Assembly: GCF_018350175.1 (NCBI RefSeq)
Contig: NC_058368.1
Location: 25,484,001 to 25,548,000, forward strand
Source: Felis catus
Taxonomy: Eukaryota
DNA length: 64,000 nt
Reading direction: 5' to 3'
The translations under genes and the position numbers were made by a program. Positions within the stretch are counted from its first letter, which is position 1; each line of letters begins with the position of its first letter. This document shows, one piece after another, positions 13,549 to 26,445 of the stretch. A model generated the notes under the pieces. It saw only the letters and a list, made by a program, of their open reading frames with translations, had not been told where the DNA came from and did no database searches.

Positions 13549-15998
13549 AATCTTAAAAAAAATTACCTCAAAATGGACCAAAGACCTAAATGTAACACAA
13601 TAAAGACTAAAACAATAAAACTCTTTAAAAAATAGTATAAAAGCTTCACCACATTGGATTCGGTAATGATTTTTCGGATATGACACCCAAGGCACAGGTA
13701 ACGACAACAAAAACAGCCGAAGTGGATTTCATAAAAATTAAAAAATTTTGTGCATCAGAAGACACTATCAACAGAGTAAAAAGGCAACTCACAGAATGGA
13801 AGAAAATATTTGCAAATCATGTATCTCGTCAGAGATTTATATCCAGAGTATATAAAGAACTCCTAACACTCAACAACAAATAAACAACCTGATTCAAAAA
13901 TGGGTAAAGGACTTGAATAAACATGCGTTCGAAGAGCATATACAAATGGCCAACAAGCCATGAAAAGAGTCTCAACATCACTAATCATCAGGGAAATGCA
14001 AATCACAACCACAGTGAGATACCACCTCATGCCCATTAGGATGGGTACTCCTAAAAAAAAAAAAAATAAGAAGTGTTGGCCAGGATGTGTTAAAATTAGG
14101 ACCCTGGTGCACTACTGGAAGGTATGTAAAATGGTACAGTCCCCAACGGAAAACAATATTCAGTTCCTCAAAAAAAATCTAAATAGAATTACCATATGAT
14201 CCAGCCATTCAACTTCTGGGTATACACCCAAAGGCTCAAACGCAGGATCCCAAAGAGCTATCTGTACATTCACGTTCACAGCAGCAGCATCCATAACAGC
14301 TAAAACATGGAAGCAACCCACGTGATCGACAGATGAACAGATAAGCACAATCTGGTCTATACATGCGATGGAATATTATTCGGCCGTTAAAAGGAAGGAA
14401 CTTCTGCAATATGCTACAACTTGGATGAACCTTGAAGACATCATGCTAAATGGAATAAGCCAGTCACAAAAAAAAACAAAACAAATGCCATATGATTCCA
14501 CTCATATCAGGTGCGTGGAGTAGTCAAAGTCAGAAAAAACAAAGTATGATGCTGGCTGCCAGGGAGAAGGGGTGGTGACAAGAGAATGCGGAGTTTTATT
14601 CAATGGGTATGGAGTCAGTTCTTCAAGATGAAAAGAGTTCTGAATTCTCACAGGCTCCTTGGTGACCCTGAGATATCCCCATATAAGAATCCCAGAAGAA
14701 ATAAGCAAATCTCAGAAGACTGTTTCCGTTAACCACAAATATTTACCGCATTATCTAACCATACGCAAATTATTGGATTAAAAAAGCACAACGTGGTACA
14801 GCAGATTAAAGCAGGGATGTAATTGAAGATGAAGGCTGCCAGTAGCCTTCAGCTGTTCTTGGATGTTTCTAACTCTGGCTCTGACCGTAAGAGGTGGATT
14901 CCTTTTAAGTCTAGAGTGATCAGAACTCGCAGGCACACGTTCAGTGGAGACAGGCAATAACTTATATTCGGTCAGCTGCTCTTTCCCTAAAGAATTGTGG
15001 AGTGTTTCAGAAATGTACTTGCAAGGTTACAGTTAGCGAGGCAAAATCTCCTAAGAACGTGGCTGTCTTCACCAAATCAACGAAACAGTATAACCTGAAA
15101 GCCAGCATGGTCAGAGAAAGACTAAGAATTGTGTAAAATAACCCAGGAATTTAGAGGGTAGGTACACAGCCCACATGATGCACTTTCTCTAGAGGTATCC
15201 CCCCAGAGGTATCCCCCCCAGGTAAAAAAAAAAAAAGAAGTTAGATTGCTTTTTAGGGGCACCTGAGTGGCTCAGTCAGTTGAGCGTCTGACTCTTGATT
15301 TTGACTCAGGTCATGATCCCAGGGTTGTGGGATCGAGCCCTGTGTCAGTCTCTGCACTGAGCATGGAGCCTGCCTGAGATTCTCTTTCTCTCTCTGCCCT
15401 CTCCCCCTCATGCTCTCTCTCTAAAATAAAAAATAATAAAAATTAAAATTAAAAAGTTTTTTAATTATAAAGGTATTAAGTTCACTGAACAAAAAGCAAA
15501 TAGAAACTGAAAAAAAAAAAACAGCAAAAGTTCCCCACTTATCCTTATTAGCTAAATTTTAAGTTTGACCTTTAACATACTTTTAGAAATATTATATAGT
15601 TAAAATATAAATAGAATATTATACATACTGCAAATCCTGCCTCTACACCCCCCAATTTACCATAAATAGGACATCTGTATTCCAAGCTAGTCCTTTTGGG
15701 GTTTGGGTGGGGTTTTTTTAACTTTATCTATTAGAGAGAGCAGGAGAGGGGCAGAGAGAGAGAGACAGAGAGAGCCTCCACCTGTCAGCACAGAGCCCGA
15801 CGTAGGACTTGATCCCATGAACCATGAGATCATGACCTGAGCTGAAATCAAGAGTAGGATGCTTAACAGACTGAGCCACCCATGAGGTACCCCAGGTTTG
15901 GGGTTTAAGATTTTGTTTTAAACGACAAAAGACAGCCTTTTGAAAAACCAATCTAATACAATTACGTATAAGGAAAAGATTTCTAATTCTTTCTACCC

Positions 15999-16330
15999 TG
16001 TGATTGTCAAATTTTGTGTCAACTTGGCTAGGCTATGGTGTCGTCGTACGGCAAACACTAGATGTCGCTGCGAAGGTATTTTGTAGATGTGAATACAGGC
16101 CACAATCAGTTTAAGCTTACATTCCATAAAATGGTGGGCCCCATCCAATCAGTTAAAGGCTTCAAGAGGAACAAACTGAGGATTTCTGAAGAAGGAATTC
16201 TGCTTCAAGACTGTAACAGAAATCCTGCCCGGGTTTTCGGTCTACTGGCCTGCCCTCCCACCTTGACAGATTTTAGACTTGCCAATTCCCCACAACTGCG
16301 TGAGCCTATCTCTTAAAATAAATTATTTAT

Positions 16331-16372
<42 letters not shown>

Positions 16373-16406
16373 TATTGGTTCTGTTTCTCTGGAGAACTCT
16401 AATACA
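15999..16406 (+). mobile_element. MLT2 (ERVL) LTR with internal (CA)n
   Basis: Starts tgtgattgtcaaattttgtgtcaacttggctaggc; ends ttattggttctgtttctctggagaactctaataca. Confidence 0.8.
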
Positions 16407-18319
16407 CACTCTTTAAATCCATTCCCTACATACATAAGTTTGCTTTTCCCTAAGAAATGAGTTCATGGTATAAATAGGCATCTGCATCGTAACTTCTTCC
16501 TACTTAATAACAGATCATGGACATCCTTCCAAGTCACCAGGCTGAGATCCAACTCATTCTTCTCAAGAGCCACATAGTAAGCCATTACAAGGCTTATTAT
16601 TTAAGCAGGGGCATATATACATATAGGAAGTGTCCAGGGTTTTGCTTTTCATTCCATTATTTGCATCAAGCTTTCAAGAAACCTATTTATACATACTGCC
16701 CTTGTCTTGTATTCCTGTGTTGCTTCAGGATGGATCTAGTAATAATCTACCAAAAATTTAGCCTTGGATTTTCCCAGCTGCTAGTTTAGAAATATATACC
16801 CTGGATTAAAAGCCAAATGTGTCTTAATAGGTGCATGTGAGGGGTCTACTGTCCACAGACACTGGAGAAACACCAGCAGCCAGTGCTTCTCACTAACCTT
16901 CATATGAAGTTCAACCATGTACATCACTGAAACTCAGGTACAGAGAACTGAGAGGGGCGCCTGTCCGACTTTGGCTCAGGTCATGATCTCACGGTTCATG
17001 AGTTCGAGCCCTGCGCGTCGGGCTCTGGGCTGACAGCTCAGAGCCTGGAGCCAGCCTCGGATTCTGTGTCTCCCTCTGTCTGCCCCTCCACTGCTTGCAG
17101 TCTGTCTCTTGCACTGTCTCAAAAATAAATAAACACTAAAAAAAAAAAATTTTTTTAAAAAGAAAACTGAGAAAGTTCCCTGTCTTTCACATTCTATTTT
17201 TTCACTAAACCACCATTATTTAATTCAAATGTTAACAAGACAAGCACCTAGAAAAATATATATATATATATTTTATAATTTCATGGATGAGTTTGTTGTC
17301 GTTTTTTTTTAACGTTTATTTAGTTTTGAGGAAGAGAGAGAGAGACAGAGTGTGAGCAGGGGAGGAGCAGAGAGAGAGGGAGACACAGAATCCAAAGCAG
17401 GCTCCAGGCACCCACGAACCGCAAGATCATGACCTGAGCTGAAGTTGGACGCTCAACCGACTGAGCCAGCCAGGCGCCCCATGGATGAGTTTATCTTTTA
17501 ATTTAATTTTTATTTTTGCTTAAGTAAGCTTTATGCCCAAGGTGGGGCCTGAACTCCCAACCCTGAGATAGTCGCTTGTTCCCCTGACTGATCCAGCCAG
17601 GCGCCCCCCAAATACTTTTTTTAATGTTTACTTATTTTGAGAGAGAGAGAGAGCACAAGCGGAGGGAAGGGCATAGAGAGAGGAGGGAGAGAATACCAAG
17701 CAGGCTCTACGCTGTTAGCACGGAGCCTGATGTGGAACTCAATCCCACGAACCATGAGATCATGACCTGAGCGGAAATCAAGAGTCGGATATTCAACTGA
17801 CTGAGCCACCCAGGCACCCCCCACCCCGAAAATATTCTTAAGTGAAAAAATTAATGAACTAGGTTTGCATTTCATCCACTGGTTCTTCTATGCCAATCAG
17901 AGGTGACTCTGCCTGGTCCACAGTTAACCAAACATCCCAGCTCCTATCTCCAGCCAACACCAAACACAGGAGGGACTGACGGACCCTGAAAGTGCAGGGC
18001 ATAGGTGATGTCATCACCCGGGTGTTCTCCGTCACCAGGCTACGTTCCCAAGCCAGTCCACAAATCAGAGTCACCAGCCTCTGATGGATTACAGAGGTTT
18101 TCAAAGAGTGGGGGGTCACACAGGCGTCCAGGCAATTAAGATGATTCTGGGTGGCTCAGGGGGTTAAGCGTCCGACTCTTGATATCCGCTGAGGTTGGGA
18201 TCTACAGATCGTGAGACCGAGCCCCGTGTCAGGCTCCTCACTGAGCAGGGAGCCTGCTTGGGAGTGAGTCTCTCTCTCCCTTGCTCTCCGTCCCTCTGCT
18301 GCTTGTGCTCTTTGTCAAG

Positions 18320-18490
18320 GATGAATGAATGAATGAATGAATGAATGAATGAAGAAGAAAGAAAGGGAAAAAAAGAGAAAGGGAAAGAAAGAGGAAAAGA
18401 AAAGAAAAGAAAAGAAAAGAAAAGAAAAGAAAAGAAAAGAAAAGAAAAGAAAAGAAAAGAAAAGAAAAGGAGGAAAGAAAAAAAAAAAGA
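18320..18490 (+). repeat. (GAAT)n + (GAAAA)n microsatellite grown from a SINE tail
   Basis: Read directly; follows SINE 18145-18318. Confidence 0.9.
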
Positions 18491-18639
18491 ACCCCAACAA
18501 CTTCTCCTCGAGGAGAAATGTCTGCAGCCACTTTCACACGTGCCATTTCTACTCCAACCTTCGAGACTCTTTGGAGCTTATCTTTGTTTAAAGGTTTCTA
18601 TTTACCAAAAAAAAAAAAAAACCACAAATCATTTGGATT

Positions 18640-21259
18640 ATTACGTATTAGTCCAGTTTATTAAATAATGAAACAAGGTTTATGCCACATATTCCAACAA
18701 TGTTTAAATAAAGAGCCTGAAATATAAAGGCTTATGAAAATGTATAGTTTTTATATAATACATACTATTTCTAGCTCATGAATAAATATGAACAGGGGCC
18801 ATTTTTAGATCACAGATCAGCAACATTTAGCATCAATGATTACACAAATCCACAAGCAAACAAAAAAAATCCGTTATCTTCATTTTAGTTATAAAAGCTA
18901 AAAATCCTTTTGCCACATTTAAGCAATATCCAAGGAGGTGGGGGGACTTGTAGCCACACCCCTGAAAATAAGGGAACCGAGTCTCCAAGTCCCTAAGTTC
19001 TTTCTTGGTTAAGAGCGTGGCAACTGCGTGAACTCTTTCAAGAAACAGAAAAACCAAAACAGGTTAAGATCCTGTTCTGTATAATGTGTTTAATAAAGCT
19101 ACACTGGAGAAATACTCTATTTTTGTCTCAAAAACGTGCTCAGGTGTTATGGTGAGGTTTGAGTTTCTTCTCATCCTGGTATGAACATATGCATAATTTG
19201 AATAAATTGACATAATGAATGTTGCAGGACGTTGACTCTTTCCGGTCTTCAAAAGGATTTGCTTCTACTGTTTTAGAAATTATATGTACACTTAAAAATA
19301 TATGTTTTCTTCGTTAAAAAAAAAAAAGTGACTCTTAAAAAGTAATCCTTTAAACTCACAGAACTCAAAAGTGAAAGCCTTTCCAGAGAAAGCCCTTACC
19401 ACATCAATGGAATGTCTTGGTAAGAGGGAAGAAAATCTCCGTCTAAAGATACGGTTCAGTACCAGGAGTGGGAGCCGAGTGAGCTCAGCTCTGCAGAGTC
19501 CCATCCAGATTGGGCCAGGGGAGCCGGACTTTCAGCTACCTCTTTAACCCGTTAGCCCCTACATGCCACGCCACCGCCTCTTCCTCTCTCTTTTTAACGA
19601 CTTTGTCTCTGGTTTGGAACTGCAATTCTGCCTCACAAAATGTTTCTCCAAGTAAACATTAATAAAGAAGGCAAAGTGGAAGGGACTGGCAGGAAAACTG
19701 CCCAGTCCATAAGAAAAACCGGGGTTCCTTCTTTTCTGCTTCAAGGGAGGTGGCCGGACACACCAGGCACCTGCTGAGCACAAGCCCCCGCAGGAGGGTC
19801 TGCCCGGGAGCCCCAGTTAGTGTGTATTTAGTGTTCTCAAAGGCTAGAACTGAAGGTACCCGAGTAAATATGTTCCCTGCCCTGGGGCAGCCCGCGAGAA
19901 GTATATAAAGGTCTTAGGGCTCTCGGAGTCACTTTTTATTTTCAAAGGAACAAGATGAAGGAGAGAAAGAGAAGGGAGAATGATTTTTGTTGTCTTTAGA
20001 AAAAGAAAGGAAGACACTATGGACCTCTTCCAGAAACCAGAAAACAGGTGCGGCACTAAAGAAAGCGTTTTTTTAAAATGCCAAGCAAGTGTTTTCCATC
20101 CAAACCAATCAGGAAGCCCAAGACAGGAAGTATCTGAACAGACATCACCTGAACTGAAGGAAAATCTGGGAAATCCGGAAAAATCAATTCTTCAATTCAC
20201 TCGCAACATCTTGCTAGGGAAAACGTAACAAAACTGTAACTTACACTGTGCTCTTTCTTTTCGCAAGGACTCTTAACAACAGGCTTTGTTGGGGGTTCCA
20301 GTGAGAACGACTCTCTTCTTTGCACCCAACTGTGGGTGCTGGGATTCGAGCCAGATGACAGCGTGACTGATGTAAACACGCTGACCCTCAAGTCAAGTGA
20401 TAGCCACTACTCTTTTCTTCATTTGAGCCTCGACATCAGTAGATGTCATGTCTCCATTTTACAGACTAGAAATAATAAAACTGGGCTAAAACTCAGAGCA
20501 AATTACCAACATTACCTGAGACCAAACCCAAGCGGCTAAAAACCCCTCCCGTCAGCAGCAACCTTGCCAGTCTCAAAGCCAAGGTATCACACCATCATGG
20601 GTTTAGATATTAATACTTTGTAACAATTCCTCACAAAGGTCAAGCCTTCAAAGGCTTAAAATCACTTATTGTAAGTGAAAGATCCTGCCAAAATAGGAAA
20701 TTATAAAGCAGTGCAATATTCCAGAGATCTATTTCCTGCACTGTTTACACCTGGAGTTGAAAGGGCCAGGTCTCCACGCGTGAAATGTCTTCAGCCGACA
20801 AGAAGCAAACGTCCCCAGAAGTTCAGGAACAGTAATACCCTCTTGGAGGCTCCATTCCGTGGTTCCTGCGAGCTTCCCTAGAGCACTCTGCTATTCTCAG
20901 CTGTTCGCTGGAGGGCAACAGGTGCTACCGTCCCCTGGAGAAAACAATTCACAGTTTCTGATCTTCTTGCAAGTTTTCTTTAGCAAGAAACGCGCACTTT
21001 GCATGCCGCCTTTGATGTCCAAGGGCACTTCCATGGTAAGGACCAGTGTTTGCATGCCAGTTTGTGGCATTGAACATTTGATGCCGAGCATCCATTGCCA
21101 ACACACAGCAATGTGCACTAACCCCGTCTTCGGCTGTTGCTCACGCACGCTTCAGAATCTGTGACGAGCCAAGCAGTGAGAAGCAGCGTGAAACACAGGA
21201 AGCTTGATTGTTTCGCAAGCAGGCGTTTTCAGAGCGCTGTCTCGTGCAGCCTGGACTTG
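18640..21259 (-). other. SLC25A30: SLC25A30 3' UTR (~2.6 kb)
   Basis: Repeat-free sequence from the stop codon to the distal poly(A) signal; exact cleavage site inferred. Confidence 0.75.
18657..18662 (-). terminator. Polyadenylation signal AATAAA with downstream GU/U-rich element
   Basis: Plus-strand tttatt. About 25-50 nt further on the minus strand lies GATTTGTGGTTTTTTTTTTTTTTT, a typical downstream element. Confidence 0.75.
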
Positions 21260-21301
21260 TCACAAATCCAATTTCTTCAACTGCTCATAGGTCACAAAAA
21301 A
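21260..21301 (-). CDS. SLC25A30: SLC25A30 exon 10 coding part
   Basis: ctgcag|TTT TTT GTG ACC TAT GAG CAG TTG AAG AAA TTG GAT TTG TGA = [13 protein letters not shown]. Confidence 0.95.
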   Translation of the reverse strand, partial: FFVTYEQLKKLDL

Positions 21302-23385
21302 CTGCAGTTATTGGTTGAGGCTGACAACGAAAATGCCATCTGAACAACACTGACACATAAAAACAGACTCACAGCACATCTAACAAGTATGTCCGGGCAG
21401 ACCACAGGCCATGCACATGATTAAACACCCGGGACTCGATCCTTATCCGCCCCCAAAGGTCTTCCCATTAGCCTTCCCAAGGCCAGCCTGGAACAGAACA
21501 ATCACAGCTTAGATAACATCAGTGCCCTAGCGTCTGCTCCAAGAGCCTCTTGGAAGATCACGTCCGCGCTCACCAGCTTTGGTGACTGCTGTGCGCAGAC
21601 TTGCCCAAACGGTAAAATTCTATGTGAAAGTGAAAGACAGCGAGCCCTGGGACGCCCTCTCGAGGGTCACCACTAGGCAGGCCTTCAGCAGGGAGGTGCA
21701 GATAAAGAGAAACAGATGGTGAAAACCACATTCCCTTCTATGTAATTCTGCCTTTTCGTGTCTAATGAACGGCTACTTCTTTCCTGCCTCCCACTTTGGC
21801 ATACAGGAAACACTGCTTATCAGCCCAATAATTCAGGAGCTAATTCCTGTTTAACCTCAGGCGCTCTCTAAAATAAGCATTCTACAACAGCGCTGCCAGA
21901 CCGCATCCTTCCCAACGGTGGCTAAGGATATAAAATCCTCGTCTCTCTCTCTCTCTGTAATCGTAAATATTCCCAGCTTCTAAAACAGTCTGAATAGAAG
22001 TTTGTATTGATACCATTACCTTTCAATAACACTATCACTATACCAAGATTCACTTGGCCCAGCACAGAGACTTTATACCTTCTAAGACAGAAAGCGAATA
22101 GTTAGTTCTTAGAATCGGAGGAGCTCAAAAGAATACGAACCCACTTCTAAATTATCATTAATAACATGACAGTTTATACAAACAATATTCCTTTCGCTGC
22201 ACCTTTTTTTCCAGACGTACTGCGACAGAAAAGGATACAATGATATTCCAAGGACCAAGTCTCAACCAATTCGGCCAAAACCCTTTATACAGAGCAAAAA
22301 ACCCTTCATTCTTCCATGTCTGTTATAAGGGAAGGGGAGGAGGGGGAGACAAAAGTTAACATCTAACTTTCCAATCATGTCAAATGTGTCAAATACTCAG
22401 TAGGCAGACTGAATGATCAACTTTTCTTAAAAATAAAATCCTGTTCGAAAAGACTGCTTAAAAACTCAGTGCCCTCTGCCCCTTTTTCTTCTTTAAAGGC
22501 CTCTTCACGGGAGAAGACGTCCAACCAGCCCACGCCCAAGCCGACAAATGGCAGCGGAATGAATAAGAAGTGGGATTTAATTCCAATTAGAACTTCTCGC
22601 CTCCTTGCCACTCGGGCTCACAGGTAGGTCGGAAACAAAAAAGTGAAGCAATGGTGGTAAAGATGTCATTCAGAGCACCACTATTTCACGTCATTAGGTG
22701 AATACAAACAAGTATCTCTGCGTCGGGAAGGCAGACTTGAAGTCTAGGACGGGCCAGCATCACGCCAGAGAACAGGAACGGCCAAGCGGCCCCGAACTCC
22801 GGGCGGCCGGCAGTCTGGTCAGGGAGACAGACAGCTGCGAACCTCCCCCCTCTCAGGAACAGTAAGCCCCACTGTTTAAACCGAGAATTATTGTCAGAGT
22901 GACATGTTCTTTCGAGACATGTCTGAATGAAGGATATTCATTCCAGTCTGACTCACGGGGAGGGAGACACATTTTGGAAGGAGACACACAGATACCAGAA
23001 AGCATGGCTCTCTTCTCAGCCTGTACAGCAGAGCAGAGGTATAAAGAAAATGAACTTTTCATTTCTAAATATTCGTCTAGATTTTGTATGTATAAAAGTT
23101 AGCCCCCGTGTGACCCAAACTAGGTACCATCTCAGGGTTTCACAGAGCATCACTCATGGTAGTTATAATAACCCTCAAAGTTTAGTTACTTCTCAGGTTA
23201 AAATATATACATACATATATGTGTGTGTGTGCATATATATATACATATATGTGTGTGCATATATATGTATATATATGTATCTATATGTATCTATATGTAT
23301 ATATACATATACATGTATCTATATATACATATACATATATATACATATAGATCTATATATATATACATATAGATCTATATGTATA

Positions 23386-23435
<50 letters not shown>

Positions 23436-26385
23436 CCCACACACAGATATTCACACGCGTCTGGGGGGCAGTTTCAATGATTAAAAACAAACCACTAGAA
23501 TGTTGAAGATTAAGTAAAATAAGCTTGCTTATTTCAACATCAGTGTCTTTCATCATTATGAATTATGCTAACAAGGTTTTACTACGTGAATCCAGGCACT
23601 GTGCTCTTTGGTAAGCATTCTCTCGTTTTTACACCAACCCTGTGACACAGGTGCAATTACCGTCCCTCCTCACTAACGAGGAAACTGAGGTATAGAGTCT
23701 GTACATCAACCAAAGTCATACAAATTACAAGGGACAAGGGTTTTGCTCTAAACCGTGGTGGTTTTGACCATGCTAAGAAACTCTTCAGGGGGTAACATGG
23801 AGGCTAATGAGCTGTGACAGGACCCCCCAGCGCCGCACAGGTGACCGCGCCCTCTCACCTGGAACAAGCAGTCCAGGGTACCCTTGTAGCCCGAGCACCT
23901 GCCGTCTCGAAGGACTCTCTGATTCATCATACGTGTTCTCACAACATCCACAGGGTTTGAGGCCAGGGCCCCGGCCAGACCACAGGTGAAGCTTGAGCTA
24001 TGAAAAAGATGCCAACGGAAAAGCAAAAGTTGACCGCCGAGCCGCCACCACCACTAGAGGCAAGAAACAGCATCCTCCCAGACTACGTTAACGTGACATG
24101 TGACAAGACGGTACGTTTCCGGGAAGACGCCCATCTCTAAAGCACGGCACAAACTTCTTAAATATAGCACTGATTATAAATTCCAGCCTCAACTAAGTGT
24201 GAGGTTCTGGAAGGTCAATCACAGACACATGAAGGAATGTCATGTGTTAATGAACTCTGGGGCAGAGCTTTTCACATTGTGCAGGTGTATCAAATCATTA
24301 TGTACGCTTTGAATAGCTTACAATTTTGTCCGTTATACCTCAGAAAGCTAAAAACTGAAAATAATAGAAATACCAAGCCAAGTTAGAGAATGCTAATCAT
24401 GATATTGCTCGTGTAATAAAGTACACAATACTTTTGTAGACAGATTTGCATGTGACTAAAAAACAAGCTGTTGACAATGGTTACCCATGTAAACAGACAA
24501 GGAGGACTTTCACTTTTTCCTGGTTCACTCCGGAACTATAATTTCCCAAATATGAGAATATAATACCTTTATAATATACCTTCTTTAAAATTTCTATAGA
24601 TTTGTAGCAAATTGCCACCCTGACCTCCTGCATACCTAAAATATTATTTTTTTTGAAATCTATAAACATACAGGAGGTGGGTATACACAGTGTCTCCCAT
24701 CAGGCCCGAGAAAATCAGGTGCTTCTTGGCGAGGTCATAGACCGGGAGCTCCACACCAACGACGATGGCAGCCCTCTGCGCGGTAAGGGACACGCCCTGG
24801 GTAAGAAGACGAATAATCAAGACTCAGAGAGCTCTTCCCGGAGTAGGCCTTGCCAAAAAATGAAGAGTGACAGAGGAGAAAAGACCAGAGGGTAAAGGAG
24901 TCAGAAGCTCACGTCCAGTTCCTATTCTGGCGCTAACCGTACGACCTTGGCCAGACGCTGGCCAGGACCAATCACCTCACAGAGGCTCCGGTTTCCTAGT
25001 ACATACTGAGAAGACTGTCCTAGATGACCCTTACGGTCTATTCTGTGAACTGACAGGTCAAGAGAATACCAGGAAATGGCACTCCATACCAGCGCTTGCC
25101 TAGTAACGGTCTTCACTTAGGGACCAGGAAGACATACACATCAAAAAATGCAGGGGCGCCCGGGTGGCTCGGTCGGTTAAGCGTCAGACTCTTGAGTTTG
25201 GCTCAGGTCGTGATCTCACGGTTTGTGGAATCAAGCCCCACATGGGGCTCTGAGCTGAAAACACAGAGCCTGCTTGGGATTCTCCCTCCCTTCCCCCTCC
25301 CAAAATAATAAGTAAATGAACCTAAAACAAAAATAACCCAGCATTTAACTATAACCTAGAAAACCCTCCTCTATGAGAATCTTTTAAAGAAAAAGTAAAC
25401 AACAAAGTGCTCGATCTTCTTCATAATTATACATAAATTACTCAAAAGGTATTTTAAAATATGACATATTCCTTATATTTCCACTTTCCAGATAAGGAAA
25501 TTAAGGAAGAAAGTAACTTCAAGGGCAGACGTCACTTGTCTTCCCTTACTCCATTTCGCCTTTCAGATTAAATAAAATGATAGGAACAGAAAGAATAAAT
25601 TCAAAGGGAAAAAGGGAAGAACTAAGGCAGCTGGCTCTGTTTTGCAGGCTTACCTTCCACAATCCTCTCGCTCCCTCCTGCTGGTAAATGTTAATGAAGT
25701 TGCCTATCATTCCCCCTTGAATGGTGCTGCTCTGGGCTTGCATCCGTATCTAGAGATTATTTTCAAGATTAACATGAGAAGGAAATAGCACATTTCTCCC
25801 CAATGTAGACTTCCGAATATCATTCGATCTGTTGTTTAATGACCATTAACAGAAAAGAATCATAGCATAAACACTGCCGTCATGCTAGCTTTAAATGCCC
25901 TTTGCAGACGAAACATTTTTAAGGTTTGGTTCTTAGGCACTTTGGAATCAACAAAATGCATCCAGTAGAATCCAGAGCTCATTAAGTGTCCAAAAAACCT
26001 GATTTTTTTTTTTAAAAAGCCTTTTGAAAAGGAAAGGAAATGACATTATGTCCTTACAGGTTAATAAGTAGGAAAGAGAAGGTGATGGTAATACTAAGAT
26101 TTCACATAATTAATAGGAGCATCTAGCATATTTCGCAGCATGAAGCATGGACAAACAGATTTCTTAAATTAGTTACTTCAAGCCACTACTATTTCCAACC
26201 AGCTGAACCAAAAGGTATGCAGGCGAGCTGAGCACGGGATAACCACATGATGTCCGTCACACTCCGTTACACTTGAATGTACAAACACACTCGAGAACGG
26301 CTGCGGAATTCACATGACTGAGATGCCAACGTAAAAATAATGTTTGATGTAGCTCTCTGTATTTTTTTAATGTTTACTTATTTTT

Positions 26386-26445
<60 letters not shown>

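Noticed and set aside
11561..14199. L1 ORF2 peptide fragments as an active reverse transcriptase
   Set aside because: Broken by stops, frameshifts and SINE insertions; dead element.
22927..23484. 185-aa Ile/Tyr-rich ORF
   Set aside because: Translation of the (AT)n compound microsatellite.
24048..24064. CCACTAGAGGCAAG, CTCF-like, in intron 7
   Set aside because: One G short of the core consensus spacing; too weak without data.
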